This document shows positions 29,839-39,408 of a DNA stretch of 64,000 bases, in pieces. The first letter of the stretch is position 1. Every line of letters starts with the position of its first letter. Origin of the DNA: an uncultured Candidatus Binatia bacterium. GTDB taxonomy: Bacteria; Desulfobacterota; Binatia; UBA9968; JAJDTQ01. The notes under the pieces are model-generated. The model searched no databases, was not told where the DNA came from, and saw only the letters and a list, made by a program, of their open reading frames with translations. The DNA lies in the NCBI GenBank assembly GCA_965242525.1, contig OZ251459.1, forward strand, positions 2,208,001-2,272,000, given 5' to 3'. The position numbers were made by a program, and so were the translations under genes.

Positions 29839-31185
29839 GTGGAACTGTTCGACTCCGGGAGCCCCTCCGGCAGCCCGCCCCCGGGCGGGAAGAACACGCC
29901 CCTGGCGGAGCGCATGCGCCCGGCCCGCCTGGACGACGTGCTGGGACAGGAGCACCTGCTCGGCCCCGGCAAGCTGCTGCGGGGCATGGCGGACACGGGC
30001 CTCCTCCAGTCGCTCATCCTCTGGGGTCCGCCCGGATGCGGCAAGACCACACTGGCCCGGCTCATGGCCGACGCCTGCCATGCCCACTGCATCCAGCTCT
30101 CCGCGGTAACCTCCGGCACTGCCGACATCCGCAAGATCCTCCCCGACGCCAAGCGCCTCCAGCGCGGCGCCGTTCCGGTGGCGGTGCTGGTGGACGAGAT
30201 CCACCACTTCAACAAGTCCCAGCAGGACACCTTCCTCCCCCACGTGGAGGCGGGCCTCCTGACCCTCATCGGCGCCACCACCGAGAACCCCTCGTTCGAA
30301 CTCATCTCCCCGCTGCTCTCCCGCTGCCGGGTGTGCGTGCTGCATCCCCTGACCGAGGAGACCCTCGCCCAGGTGGTGGACCGGGCCCTGGCCGAACGGG
30401 GACGGGGCCTCTGGGACGCCAGCCCGGAGATTACCGCGGAGGCCCGTTCGGCGCTGGTCCAACGCGCCCACGGAGACGCCCGGGTGGCCCTCAACGCCCT
30501 GGAGAGCGCCGCCACCCTGGCCCGCAACTCCTCCGGGACCGCGCCCATCGACCTCGCCCACGCGGAACAGGCGCTGCAACTCGGACCCTTGCGTTACGAC
30601 CGGGCCGGCGAGGAGCACTACAACTTGGCCTCGGCCTTCATCAAGAGCCTGCGGGGAAGCGACCCCGACGCCGCGGTCTATTGGATGGTGCGGATGATCG
30701 AGGCGGGCGAAGAACCCCTCTTCATCGCCCGCCGCATGGTCATATTCGCCGCGGAGGACGTGGGCAACGCCGACCCCCAAGCCCTGCAAGTGGCGGTGGC
30801 CGCCAAGGACGCGGTCCATTTCGTCGGCCTGCCCGAAGGCCGCATCCCCATGACCCAGGCCGCCATCTACCTGGCCACCGCGCCCAAGTCCAACTCGGCT
30901 TACCGGGCGCTGCTGGCCGCCACCCGGGACGTGCGCGAACGGGGCGCGCTGCCCACCCCCCTCCACCTTCGCAACGCCCCCACCGGCCTGATGAAGTCCC
31001 TCGGCTACGGGGCAAACTACCGCTACCCCCACGACGAACCGGGCCACGTGGCGGACCAGGAATACCTGCCGTCGGAACTCAAGGGACGCCGCTACTACGA
31101 ACCCGGCGACCAGGGCCACGAACAGGTCGTCCGCGAGCGGCTGGAAGCATGGGATGCGTTGAGGAAACGCAACGAGCCGGGGTGA
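29839..31185 (+). CDS. rarA: Replication-associated recombination protein A (MgsA)
   Basis: PLAERMRP, WGPPGCGKTT, DEIHHFNK, GATTENP, SAFIKSLRGSDPD; start approximate. Confidence 0.95.
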   Translation: MELFDSGSPSGSPPPGGKNTPLAERMRPARLDDVLGQEHLLGPGKLLRGMADTGLLQSLILWGPPGCGKTTLARLMADACHAHCIQLSAVTSGTADIRKILPDAKRLQRGAVPVAVLVDEIHHFNKSQQDTFLPHVEAGLLTLIGATTENPSFELISPLLSRCRVCVLHPLTEETLAQVVDRALAERGRGLWDASPEITAEARSALVQRAHGDARVALNALESAATLARNSSGTAPIDLAHAEQALQLGPLRYDRAGEEHYNLASAFIKSLRGSDPDAAVYWMVRMIEAGEEPLFIARRMVIFAAEDVGNADPQALQVAVAAKDAVHFVGLPEGRIPMTQAAIYLATAPKSNSAYRALLAATRDVRERGALPTPLHLRNAPTGLMKSLGYGANYRYPHDEPGHVADQEYLPSELKGRRYYEPGDQGHEQVVRERLEAWDALRKRNEPG

Positions 31186-31357
31186 CGCCCCGTCCGATAC
31201 GCGCTGAGCCGAGCTGACGGCCTGTCCGAGTACGCACTTCCGGAAACGACGGCGTCCCGGTCACATGGTCTCACGATGGATCTGCTCCGGCGCTTCCCAT
31301 GGCCGTTCAGCGGGCGCTGTCTCTTTGGCTGGCGGGAAACGGACCCGCACGTGGCGG

Positions 31358-31615
31358 TCAAGCAGCGCCGTGCTTCCCGATCCAGTCCCGAAGCGCCCCG
31401 TCGATCCGCGTCTGCCAGCCGCGGCCGCCGGCCTTGAAATGGTCGATTACGTCCTGTGACAGGCGGATCGTGGTCGATACCTTCGGCTTGGCGACCAGCG
31501 GCCTGCCCCGTCGGACCGTCGCCTTGGCGAACTTCCCGGGCCAGCCGTCCCCGGAAAGGTCCGGCGCGGCGTCCCCGTCAAAATCGCGGGCCGTAGAGCG
31601 TTCGTTCCCGTTCAT
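31358..31615 (-). CDS. BrnA antitoxin
   Basis: RGRP..PKVSTTIRLSQDVIDHFKAGGRGWQTRID. Confidence 0.9.
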   Translation of the reverse strand: MNGNERSTARDFDGDAAPDLSGDGWPGKFAKATVRRGRPLVAKPKVSTTIRLSQDVIDHFKAGGRGWQTRIDGALRDWIGKHGAA

Positions 31616-31846
31616 TGGCTTTCCTCATGCTGATGATCCGCTGCGCGCCCTCGCGCAGCGTCCAGACCAGAACCACCATGGCGCCGTCAAGGAACCCGAT
31701 GGTGATGAAGCGGTCCTCGCCATAGTCCCGCCGTCATCCTCGACGGTCAGCGTGGCGCCGGCGAACACCTCCCCGGCCCGGGCCATGTCCAGTCCCCTGG
31801 CCCGAAGCGTGGCCGCACGCTTGGCCGCGTCGAACTCCATCGGCAT
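31578..31846 (-). pseudogene. BrnT toxin, frameshifted near 31732
   Basis: EFDAAKRAATLRARGLD..VEDD, continuing in another frame as RDYGEDRFITIG...RIISMRKANERE. Confidence 0.85.
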
Positions 31847-31881
31847 AATTCATGTTACAACACTAAATTGGCCCGTGCAAC

Positions 31882-32757
31882 TGTCAGAATTGTCCAATGG
31901 TAAGTGAGCATGGAGGGGAGGGGTGAATCCAACGGTAAGTGAGCACGAGCAGGCCCGGTATGGTGCAGACTGGGGGGATGATCGTGTCACTACAGACGGA
32001 GCGTTTGCGGGCCATGTGGGAGGTTCGGGCCTTTGTGGAGGGGTCGGGGCCTTGGAGTACCAGCCCAGGGACCGGGAGTCGGCCTATGGTTTCGTGCAGC
32101 GGACCCTGGTGAGTTTCGGCTACCATCGTCTGGGGCGGGCGGATCGGGGGCTGCTTCGGCGCTACATCGGCAAGGTATGCGGGTTCTCCGCTTCGCAGAT
32201 CACCCGGCTCATCCGGCAGCAGGTCCGGACCGGGGTGGTGGAGGATCGGCGGGGGCGGAACAGCGGGCGTCAGTTCCAGCGGCGCTACGGCTTCGAGGAC
32301 ATCCGTCTCCTGGCGGAAGTGGACGAGGCTTTCGGGCAGATGTCCGGGCTGGCCACCTGCGAGATCTTGCGGCGAGAGTATCGAGTACACGGCGACTCCC
32401 GCTTTGTTCGGCTGGCCAGCCTCTCGCGTTCCCATCTCTACAACCTGCGCCGGTCCCGGACCTACCAGACCAAGCGCAGGGTGTGGAGCAAGACGCGAGG
32501 GAACGGGGCGGCCATCGCCGTGCGCAAGGCCCCGGAACCCAACAGCCGACCGGGATATATTCGGGTGGATACCGTCCACCAGGGCGATCAGGACGGTCGC
32601 AAGGGGGTTTACCTCATCAACCTGGTGGACCAGGTGACGCAGTACGAGTACGTGGGCGCGGTGGCAGGCATCTCCGAGCGCTTCCTGGTCCCCACCCTGG
32701 AAGCGCTGCTATGGCTGTTCCCCTTCGTCATCCGAGGCTTCCATGCCGACAACGGGC
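31882..32757 (+). mobile_element. Truncated DDE (rve-type) IS with TGT left end and subterminal repeats
   Basis: RVDTVHQGD...FHADNG cut after the second Asp; N-terminus MIVSLQTERL in another frame; tccaa(t/c)ggtaagtgagca at 31893 and 31928. Confidence 0.75.
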
Positions 32758-33005
32758 AAGGCTTGGCTGGCGTGGTATCGCTCGGCCATCCGTTGCTGCC
32801 TGGAACCGGTCAAGCGTGTGGCCCGCATGGTTCGGAAGCACCTGGAAGGAATCCTTACTGCGGTGGTCCAGCGAATAACCAACGCCTGGGCCGAAGGGGT
32901 CAACTCCAGCATCCAGTGGGTGAAGTACCGTGCCCGCGGCTACCGCAACCGTCAACGCTTCCGGGACGCCATCTACTTCCATTCTTGGATATCTACCCCA
33001 ATGGC
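32758..33005 (+). mobile_element. ISL3-family transposase C-terminal fragment
   Basis: LEPVKRVARMVRKHLEGIL..ITNAWAEGVNSSIQWVKYRARGYRNRQRFRDAIYFH. Confidence 0.8.
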
Positions 33006-33032
33006 GTCGCACGAAGAACACTTAGACCATGG

Positions 33033-33992
33033 CTACCGTGCACTTCCTACACATACCACACCAGGTTCGCCACTTCGACCCGTACCGACTCTGCATGTGC
33101 CAGCAGCCGTCGACGATGTTCCCCTCTCACAAGTCCTAATCGCGTCGGTTTCGGCTTCCCGCCTTGTTCTACCGAAACCTCCGCCCATGGCCGGGGTGCG
33201 GCAGGTCGATGATGAGCATTCAGATACTGCGACCGCACCGCAGTAGTCAGTATACCCACCCAATAACCTTGTACCACAACGACTACCAAGGATTCTTTCA
33301 CAGTCTGTCCTTGCGTCTCTTTCAGCCGCCGAGGCGCTCTCCCCGGTCCCGAATGCCCAAGCCCAACTGCTAGATCCTGTACCAGAGGTTGTACCAGAGT
33401 AAAGAGCGCTATACTGGGTTGGAGGTGGAGGTGGTGGCGGAGTTGGAGGTAGTGGCGTTGGAATTGGAAGTGGTGGCGGAGTTGGAGATGGTGGCGTTGG
33501 AGTTAGAGATGAACAGACAAGATCGACGCTTCTACGGATCGTTCCCGACTCTGGACAAGTGGCGCAACAGCCAGTACAGGTTTGCTCGCCATCAATCCCC
33601 CTGCCCCAATACGTGCTGAGCCGGCGGGAGGAGCGAGGAGTGGCACCGTAGCAGATCTGCTGGCCGCTCGCGCAAGGAAGTCTTGTAAAGTCCTCTCTTC
33701 CAAAACCATCAGTAACATATACTCGGCCGCTTGCTGACGGCCAAACTCTGTTAGGTGAGTATACGCCCCGCACATACTGGAAAAAACGGAACTGGATGTT
33801 TTCACCGTCGGCGCATTGATCTGATAACGTCCACAATACTTCTGATCGACTTGGAGTAATGGGAATCTCCGGCCCAGGTGTCCGTCTCGGCGTAACGATT
33901 TCGCCTTCTCCTCCGCAGGCCGACACCCCCAAGACCAAGAGGGACATCATGATGGTAGCAAGGGCGTTCTTGTGTAGCATTATATTCCTCAT
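33033..33992 (-). CDS. Cys-rich lipoprotein with Pro-rich linker and DUF4189-like C-terminal domain
   Basis: Lipobox VSAC; CASGQQICYGA..YWGRG..CTGCCATC; poly-Pro linker; AERDARTDCE..CGAVA..AETDAIRTC. Confidence 0.7.
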   Translation of the reverse strand: MRNIMLHKNALATIMMSLLVLGVSACGGEGEIVTPRRTPGPEIPITPSRSEVLWTLSDQCADGENIQFRFFQYVRGVYSPNRVWPSASGRVYVTDGFGREDFTRLPCASGQQICYGATPRSSRRLSTYWGRGIDGEQTCTGCCATCPESGTIRRSVDLVCSSLTPTPPSPTPPPLPIPTPLPPTPPPPPPPTQYSALYSGTTSGTGSSSWAWAFGTGESASAAERDARTDCERILGSRCGTRLLGGYTDYCGAVAVSECSSSTCRTPAMGGGFGRTRREAETDAIRTCERGTSSTAAGTCRVGTGRSGEPGVVCVGSAR

Positions 33993-34024
33993 CTCTTTTC
34001 CGGTGGCATTCTATGTCCAAAAGG

Positions 34025-35431
34025 TCAGAGCACACGAGAAATATTGACGCTCAGGGTACGGGCGGTGTCCAGATCAGGATTGTACAACAACCGGAACGTA
34101 ACCCGTTCGGACAAGGTGCCTCTACCAATGGTAACGGTCGAAGGTTCGTCGACGTAGTCGACTCCGGCCACCGCCGGGTTGTCGCCGCTTCCCGGGGCGA
34201 GGCGAACGGTAAACCGCACGTCCTCGGATGCCGACGTGGACAACGAGACTTCTAACTTGATCTCCCCTCCGGTCGAAACGGACGATTGGATGAATCGCAC
34301 AGAAACGCCATCGACTTGCCCTGCTGGTAGCGCGACACGCTCAATTTTGCGTTCGATAATTTCCAGCCGCTCCACGTTCTCCACCGGACGCCACACGTCC
34401 GCGGTAGCCTGCGAACCCCCCGCGACTCCCAGCCATTCCCAGCGCGGCGCCTTGCGCTGCGGTACGCCCCCGAAAGGGATCCGCAACGCCGCGGTGATCG
34501 AGCCCGAATCGTCGGCAGAGCCGATCCCCGCAAACCCTCCCCGCAGGCGCAGCCACGGGTGCGGACGCCAACCCAGGCCGATGCGACCGTCCGTTTCCCG
34601 CCTGCCCGGGCGGCTCGTCTCCCATTCCGCCACCGACGCATCCAGCGATATCGTCGTGGTCAGGTTCAGCCGCGCCCCCAGCCGCGTACCCCCGCGGGGG
34701 CGCTCCACGTAGCCGAACCGACTCGGTTGCCAATCCGTGGCAGGAACGAACTGCTGGAGCCAGGCCCGGCCCCACCGCCCGGCATAGTCGATGCCGGCCA
34801 CCACCCGCCGATGGCCCCGCTCCACGTTCTCCTGCACCAGGGTCGAAAGGCCGAACACGTTCGCCCCGGGTTCCCCCCACAGCGAGAAGCGGTACGCGGC
34901 GCCGTAGCGCAGGTCGTTGCGCCGCCGCCCCCGGCTGTCGGTCCAGCGCGTGGCCCCCTGCTGGAAGAAGAACGCCCCGGTATTCACCACCGCAGGACCG
35001 CTGCCCGGTTTCGCGCTGAACGACGCCACCGGCAGGACCGTGTCCATGTTGCCGTTGAGACCTTCGCCGTAGGGCGACCAGGACAGGCTCTGGACGAAGC
35101 GGAAGTTGGGACCGAACAGGGCCCGGCCCCGCTCGTTCACGAAACTCGACGTCTGTTCCACCACCAGGTCACCGAGGTGGCCGGACAGGCAGCGCCAGCC
35201 GGAACGGGTGGATTGCTCGAAGTCGTTCCCGCAGTAGATGGCTCCGTTCAACCACGAAGGAAACGCATGCCGGTCCACCGGGGTATCCGGCGTGGCGGAA
35301 GATCTACCGTCCACTGCGTGGACCGTTCCACCCAATGCCAGGACGAGGCAACCGGCGACCGCCAAGGTCACGGCAAAACGACGGAAGGCCAGCACGAAAC
35401 TTCGGTTTGGAGAGACGGAAACGAATATCAT
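34025..35431 (-). CDS. Inverse autotransporter (invasin/intimin-like) beta-domain protein with a Calx-beta-like C-terminus
   Basis: Signal peptide; alternating beta-strand pattern (RNDLRYGAAYRF, HRRVVAGIDY); WRPVENVERLE; AVAGVDY..TVTIGRG. Confidence 0.6.
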   Translation of the reverse strand: MIFVSVSPNRSFVLAFRRFAVTLAVAGCLVLALGGTVHAVDGRSSATPDTPVDRHAFPSWLNGAIYCGNDFEQSTRSGWRCLSGHLGDLVVEQTSSFVNERGRALFGPNFRFVQSLSWSPYGEGLNGNMDTVLPVASFSAKPGSGPAVVNTGAFFFQQGATRWTDSRGRRRNDLRYGAAYRFSLWGEPGANVFGLSTLVQENVERGHRRVVAGIDYAGRWGRAWLQQFVPATDWQPSRFGYVERPRGGTRLGARLNLTTTISLDASVAEWETSRPGRRETDGRIGLGWRPHPWLRLRGGFAGIGSADDSGSITAALRIPFGGVPQRKAPRWEWLGVAGGSQATADVWRPVENVERLEIIERKIERVALPAGQVDGVSVRFIQSSVSTGGEIKLEVSLSTSASEDVRFTVRLAPGSGDNPAVAGVDYVDEPSTVTIGRGTLSERVTFRLLYNPDLDTARTLSVNISRVL

Positions 35432-35499
35432 GCGGTCCTCCTCAGACGGGACGTTGTTGGAAATTTCCTTCGCTCACAGAAAAGGCAACCGGTGACGAA

Positions 35500-35793
35500 C
35501 TATTGTAGAACGAAGAACTGTCCTGAATCGTTCTCGCAGTGGAAAACCGGTTTGAAACCGCCTTCCAGAGGACGGCAGTTGCTAGTGGAGCGGAGTTGCC
35601 GGTCGCTGGCATGGGGTCTGTGCCAACCGTTAAGCCAGAACTTCCAGAAGCTGCCGCTCGCCGTTGACCCTGGCGCGAAGCTCGGAACCGAAACTTGTTG
35701 GCTGTGTCCGTTTGGTTTTTGAAGATTGGAACATCCGCCAAGCACCATCACCAGTGCCGCCACCGAGACAACATAAAACAACGACCGTATCAT
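35500..35793 (-). CDS. Small putative lipoprotein
   Basis: MIRSLFYVVSVAALVMVLGGC lipobox; in operon orientation. Confidence 0.55.
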   Translation of the reverse strand: MIRSLFYVVSVAALVMVLGGCSNLQKPNGHSQQVSVPSFAPGSTASGSFWKFWLNGWHRPHASDRQLRSTSNCRPLEGGFKPVFHCENDSGQFFVLQ

Positions 35794-35802
35794 TCCAGCT
35801 CC

Positions 35803-36666
35803 CTATATCGACTCCAAGTTCGCCAATGCGTCCATGGTTAGTGCGGCCAAAATACGTCCCATCCGCTCAAAATCAGGACTTTGAGTTACCTGAACGTATC
35901 CGCCGGAGACAGCCTTCCAAGTCTGTCTTCCCTCATACTCGGGCGTCGCTTCGTGAAAGAAGTTCGCCTTGACTTGTCCTGACTTCACATGGATGATCGA
36001 AACATGAAGGAATGCAGGGGTTTTCGAGTCCTCGAAAGGCGAAACCGCGATCTGAATCAAGAGGTCGGCACGGCCCATCAACGCGCTGGTTTCGACAAAT
36101 TGTCGATCCTCGGTACTTCGCGCCGGCTCGACAAGAGACTGTTCGGCAGCCGTCAACCGCATGATGGCGGCACGGTCGATCACGGTTGCACCTGCCTCGA
36201 TCAGCGGACGCAGGAAACCGGACTGGAACCTGAACCCGGACTTTCCCGACAACGTCTGTGGACGCACATGGTCTTGCCGTTTCTCAATGCTGACTGTCCA
36301 TTCCCCTCTTTCGTGAGAGAGTCCGCTGGCATCCCCGGCTTGGCCAACGCGATTTCCCTTGAAAACGAGCCTGCTTTCCGCTTCCATTTCGCGCAAACGG
36401 TCATCGAAAACGCGATTCCAGAATACGGCCAAACGCGGTGCTCCAGCCCGTCGGTAAGCGCGCTGAAACGCCAATCGTGCCTCCGCCGACGGGATTTCGG
36501 CACCTCGATCATCATCCGCGTTCCCATCGGGGACCAACACCTTCGGCGTATTCGCCCGGTAGATGTCGTGGGTTTCTTCCGCCCATGCCCCCATGCCAAC
36601 CACTGCGTGGAAGACAAAGGCGCCCGAAAGCACAAGTGCCGTACATGGGACGAGACGCGGCATCAT
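35803..36666 (-). CDS. Exported hypothetical protein (possible CsgG/TolB-N-like fold)
   Basis: Signal peptide; AYRRAGAPRLAVFWNR, GATVIDRAAIMRL, ADLLIQI; 4-bp overlap with the upstream gene. Confidence 0.6.
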   Translation of the reverse strand: MMPRLVPCTALVLSGAFVFHAVVGMGAWAEETHDIYRANTPKVLVPDGNADDDRGAEIPSAEARLAFQRAYRRAGAPRLAVFWNRVFDDRLREMEAESRLVFKGNRVGQAGDASGLSHERGEWTVSIEKRQDHVRPQTLSGKSGFRFQSGFLRPLIEAGATVIDRAAIMRLTAAEQSLVEPARSTEDRQFVETSALMGRADLLIQIAVSPFEDSKTPAFLHVSIIHVKSGQVKANFFHEATPEYEGRQTWKAVSGGYVQVTQSPDFERMGRILAALTMDALANLESI

Positions 36667-37148
36667 CGGCCTTCCCGAAGCTCGATCAGATAGCTGGATA
36701 CGTCCATGCCTGACGTGGAGCGTGTCGAATAGCTTGCGAACGCCCGTACCGGAAGGTGAACCCGGCTCCAGGCCGTCACCGGTTCGGCATCGACCTGTCG
36801 AGCGTCGAGAAAGAGGGTGCGCCCTTCCACCTGCAAGGGGTAGTCGGTACAGTTCACCAGACGGGCAAAGACCTCGACGTCTCCGCTTGGAAGCCTTCTG
36901 GCGTTCGTCATCTGCACCATCACCTTATTGGTGATCGTGAGGTCCGTAATGTTGACTGCATTGAGTGGCATGGGCGTGACCGACCCCGGAACCTGAGAAA
37001 CCAGCACCGGCCCCTGGGTTGGAACAGGGTCTTGCATGGCGCGGAAATCACATTGCGGCATCGGCGGCACGTACGAGCAGGCTGTCAAGGCGAGCACCAG
37101 TAGAACCAGGGGCAAGACATGCGATCCGGTGGTTTCTTTCTTCCTCAT
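36663..37148 (-). CDS. YcfL/DUF1425-like lipoprotein
   Basis: LTAC lipobox; NCTDYPLQVEGRTLFLD..EPVTAWSRVHL. Confidence 0.7.
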   Translation of the reverse strand: MRKKETTGSHVLPLVLLVLALTACSYVPPMPQCDFRAMQDPVPTQGPVLVSQVPGSVTPMPLNAVNITDLTITNKVMVQMTNARRLPSGDVEVFARLVNCTDYPLQVEGRTLFLDARQVDAEPVTAWSRVHLPVRAFASYSTRSTSGMDVSSYLIELREGR

Positions 37149-37203
37149 ATGCCCTTGGCCTCCTGTCCGGCTAAACATCGGCGCAGTCCGTTCCCACACC
37201 TGC

Positions 37204-38403
37204 CTATTCGTCGGATTGCGACCGTACCCAGAGAACCTTGCAGGACTCGTCACCGCCATAATGATAATGCGTTGGCGGAGTATCATCGCCAAAGTCTGCT
37301 GCAGGCCGGGTAGTAGAGTCGTCGTTACGATGATAGGTGCCATACGCCACTTTCTCCGGCAGATTGTCCCACTGGCGGGTATCGGCGGCGGTTTGAGTGG
37401 CGCTGGACGCCATTGACGAGGCAATCGAGAACACACTGCCCAAAATCCCTACTCCGCTCATGACTTGAGCAGTGTCTAAATCGCCCATTTGCATGGCAGT
37501 AGTGGAGGCCATCGTGGCCCCCATTGCTACCGCTGCACTGGTGTCCGCCGCCTCTGCGGCCGATTCCTTGAACTTCGCCTTATTCTCCAAAACGTCGGCA
37601 AACTGCCGCCGGCCCCGATCCATTGCCTGCTGGAGAATGCTCTCCCGGTTCCCCAGCAACTTGAAGCCATCGTTCAGGCGGACACGAGCATACCCCGGAC
37701 CTTGTTTCGCATTGCCCTTGATCTCCAAGAGTTCTCCGTGGTCCCCCGCCAGGTACTTGACCGGCGAATAACCAAGTTCGGCCAAGACCAGCAAGTTGTC
37801 CGTTGCTCCGGGAACGACCAGACCGGAGGCATGCTCCCTGGCCGAAGCGTAGGATTCCCGAGCTAAATCATCGTTGCCGTTGCAATGCGAAGCCCAACCC
37901 TCCAGGAACTCCAGCAACGCGAAGTCTTGCTGATATTCCTCCTTCTCTGCCAAGGTGTCCTGGAGACTTCCTGACCTGAAACTGGCGCGGGCGTTTTCGT
38001 AGTCGCCCTCCATCAGATACAGAACTCCCCGGTAGTAGAAAGCCATGGCGCGTTCGTAGGGCTCGCCGCGGAATACCTTTCTGTCCTCCGCGGTAAACAG
38101 GGCGCGGGCTTGCTTGGCCTTTTCGTCGCCCCCGTAGATCGTCTCGATGGTCAGCAATGCTTCATCGAACGTCTTCGAAGCGAGAGAGTTGTAGCCAAAC
38201 TCCATTGCCGTCAAGCCGGCACGCAAGCGATTCAGTACTTGGTTGCGTTCGCCTTCCAGAACGACCTTCCGGAATGCCGGATGGAGTTCCTTTGGTTTGC
38301 CTTCGAGATAGCCGGCCACTTGGCCCTGATTGGCAGTAGAGCACCCTGAAAGCACAAGAAGAACAAGGAGTAACCATACGGAAGCTGTCCATTTCATCTT
38401 CAT
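37204..38403 (-). CDS. COG3014-like TPR lipoprotein
   Basis: LSGC lipobox; FRGEPYERAM..YENARASFR; ADTRQWDNLP. Confidence 0.75.
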   Translation of the reverse strand: MKMKWTASVWLLLVLLVLSGCSTANQGQVAGYLEGKPKELHPAFRKVVLEGERNQVLNRLRAGLTAMEFGYNSLASKTFDEALLTIETIYGGDEKAKQARALFTAEDRKVFRGEPYERAMAFYYRGVLYLMEGDYENARASFRSGSLQDTLAEKEEYQQDFALLEFLEGWASHCNGNDDLARESYASAREHASGLVVPGATDNLLVLAELGYSPVKYLAGDHGELLEIKGNAKQGPGYARVRLNDGFKLLGNRESILQQAMDRGRRQFADVLENKAKFKESAAEAADTSAAVAMGATMASTTAMQMGDLDTAQVMSGVGILGSVFSIASSMASSATQTAADTRQWDNLPEKVAYGTYHRNDDSTTRPAADFGDDTPPTHYHYGGDESCKVLWVRSQSDE

Positions 38404-38450
38404 GTGTTCATACCTCGTTTCGTGGCTTGCGTTTGCCTTCCCGTTTCGTT

Positions 38451-39191
38451 CTATCTGTAGATGACGTCATCTTGCCCTGCTTTCTTGAAGCTGTATCGAT
38501 TTGTCCAAACGACGATGCCGCTTTCCAGGTCCGTCATACGGAAGACGATCTGCATGTAACGCTCTACAACGCCGCCTGACGTGCGGGCGTCAAGCGAGGT
38601 AATCCGTCCGTTGAGGCGGTAATCGGCCCCTGCTACGGCTTTCGTTAGCTTGGTCGTACCGACATCCGTCATGCCGGTCCGCTTGAGACTGCGTTCCTTG
38701 GCGACCATGTCGGCGTGCTCACGATCGACGAACAGTATCCGACCATTGGCGGCAATTTGAAGCTGGGTCCCCAACTGGTCGATGAGGATGTTCTTGTTCA
38801 ACCTTTGAGAGCTTTGATTCTCGAAATAGGCAGCATCGACGATCACCCGGGGCGGTTGGGCGGCGCTGCCGAGTACCGGATTGGCGAGCATGTGGCGGAC
38901 CATCTTGTCCACCATGCTGACGATGTCCTGGGATTCTATGCCGGTACCCCTGACCAACCCGGACGTCGCAACATCCTGGTAAGCGGTGGGGGTACCCGGA
39001 GCATTTTCCACGCCGGTCGAGCAACCGGCGACAAGAACTGAACAGGCTATGGTTAGTGAGGAAATGGAGCGGAAGAAAACTGCACTGTAGCGGTTATCGG
39101 GTCGTAATCTGGAACCCGCGTATAACGCGTTTCTCAGCTTGCGGGGGGGGGGGGGGGGGGGGGGGGGGGGCTTTTTGTCCAAATTCGACAT
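38451..39191 (-). CDS. LpoB-family lipoprotein with an N-terminal poly-C (poly-Pro) tract
   Basis: VAGC lipobox; GIESQDI..MVRHML; GADYRLNGRITSL; MTDLESGIVVW; ATG 39191 with AAGGA SD. Confidence 0.75.
   Translation of the reverse strand: MSNLDKKPPPPPPPPPRKLRNALYAGSRLRPDNRYSAVFFRSISSLTIACSVLVAGCSTGVENAPGTPTAYQDVATSGLVRGTGIESQDIVSMVDKMVRHMLANPVLGSAAQPPRVIVDAAYFENQSSQRLNKNILIDQLGTQLQIAANGRILFVDREHADMVAKERSLKRTGMTDVGTTKLTKAVAGADYRLNGRITSLDARTSGGVVERYMQIVFRMTDLESGIVVWTNRYSFKKAGQDDVIYR
39143..39170. repeat. G28 homopolymer (C28 on the coding strand)
   Basis: Direct count of 28 consecutive G. Confidence 0.9.
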
Positions 39192-39245
39192 AGGTGATCC
39201 TTGTTCTTTCAGGTTGTGCACTGAACCTTACCTCTGGAAAGAGCT

Positions 39246-39297
39246 AATCTAGGCACACTATGTTGTCCATGTCAAGGCTTTTTTTGACCTGGGTCAA
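39246..39297 (-). promoter_or_regulatory. Putative sigma70 promoter and upstream palindrome for the lipoprotein operon
   Basis: TTGACA(39275-39270)-18 nt-TAGATT(39251-39246); TTGAC-N4-GTCAA at 39284-39297. Confidence 0.5.
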
Positions 39298-39408
39298 GGC
39301 GCAGCAAAGTTCAACAAAATTAAAGGGTTAGGAGAGCGTGGACTCCGAGAGCCTGTCCGGGGAAGCAGGACGGACACCTTGGAAACACGGAAAGTTTCCA
39401 CAAGAATG

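Noticed and set aside
31838-31870. dif/Xer-like site beside the IS end (GCATAAT..TTA)
   Set aside because: The XerD arm does not match TTATGTTAAAT, and the sequence overlaps the brnT start/operator region
31923-33212. 429-aa ORF as an intact transposase
   Set aside because: Chimeric read-through: wrong-frame N-terminus, catalytic domain cut after DNG, and a tail out of frame over the ISL3 fragment
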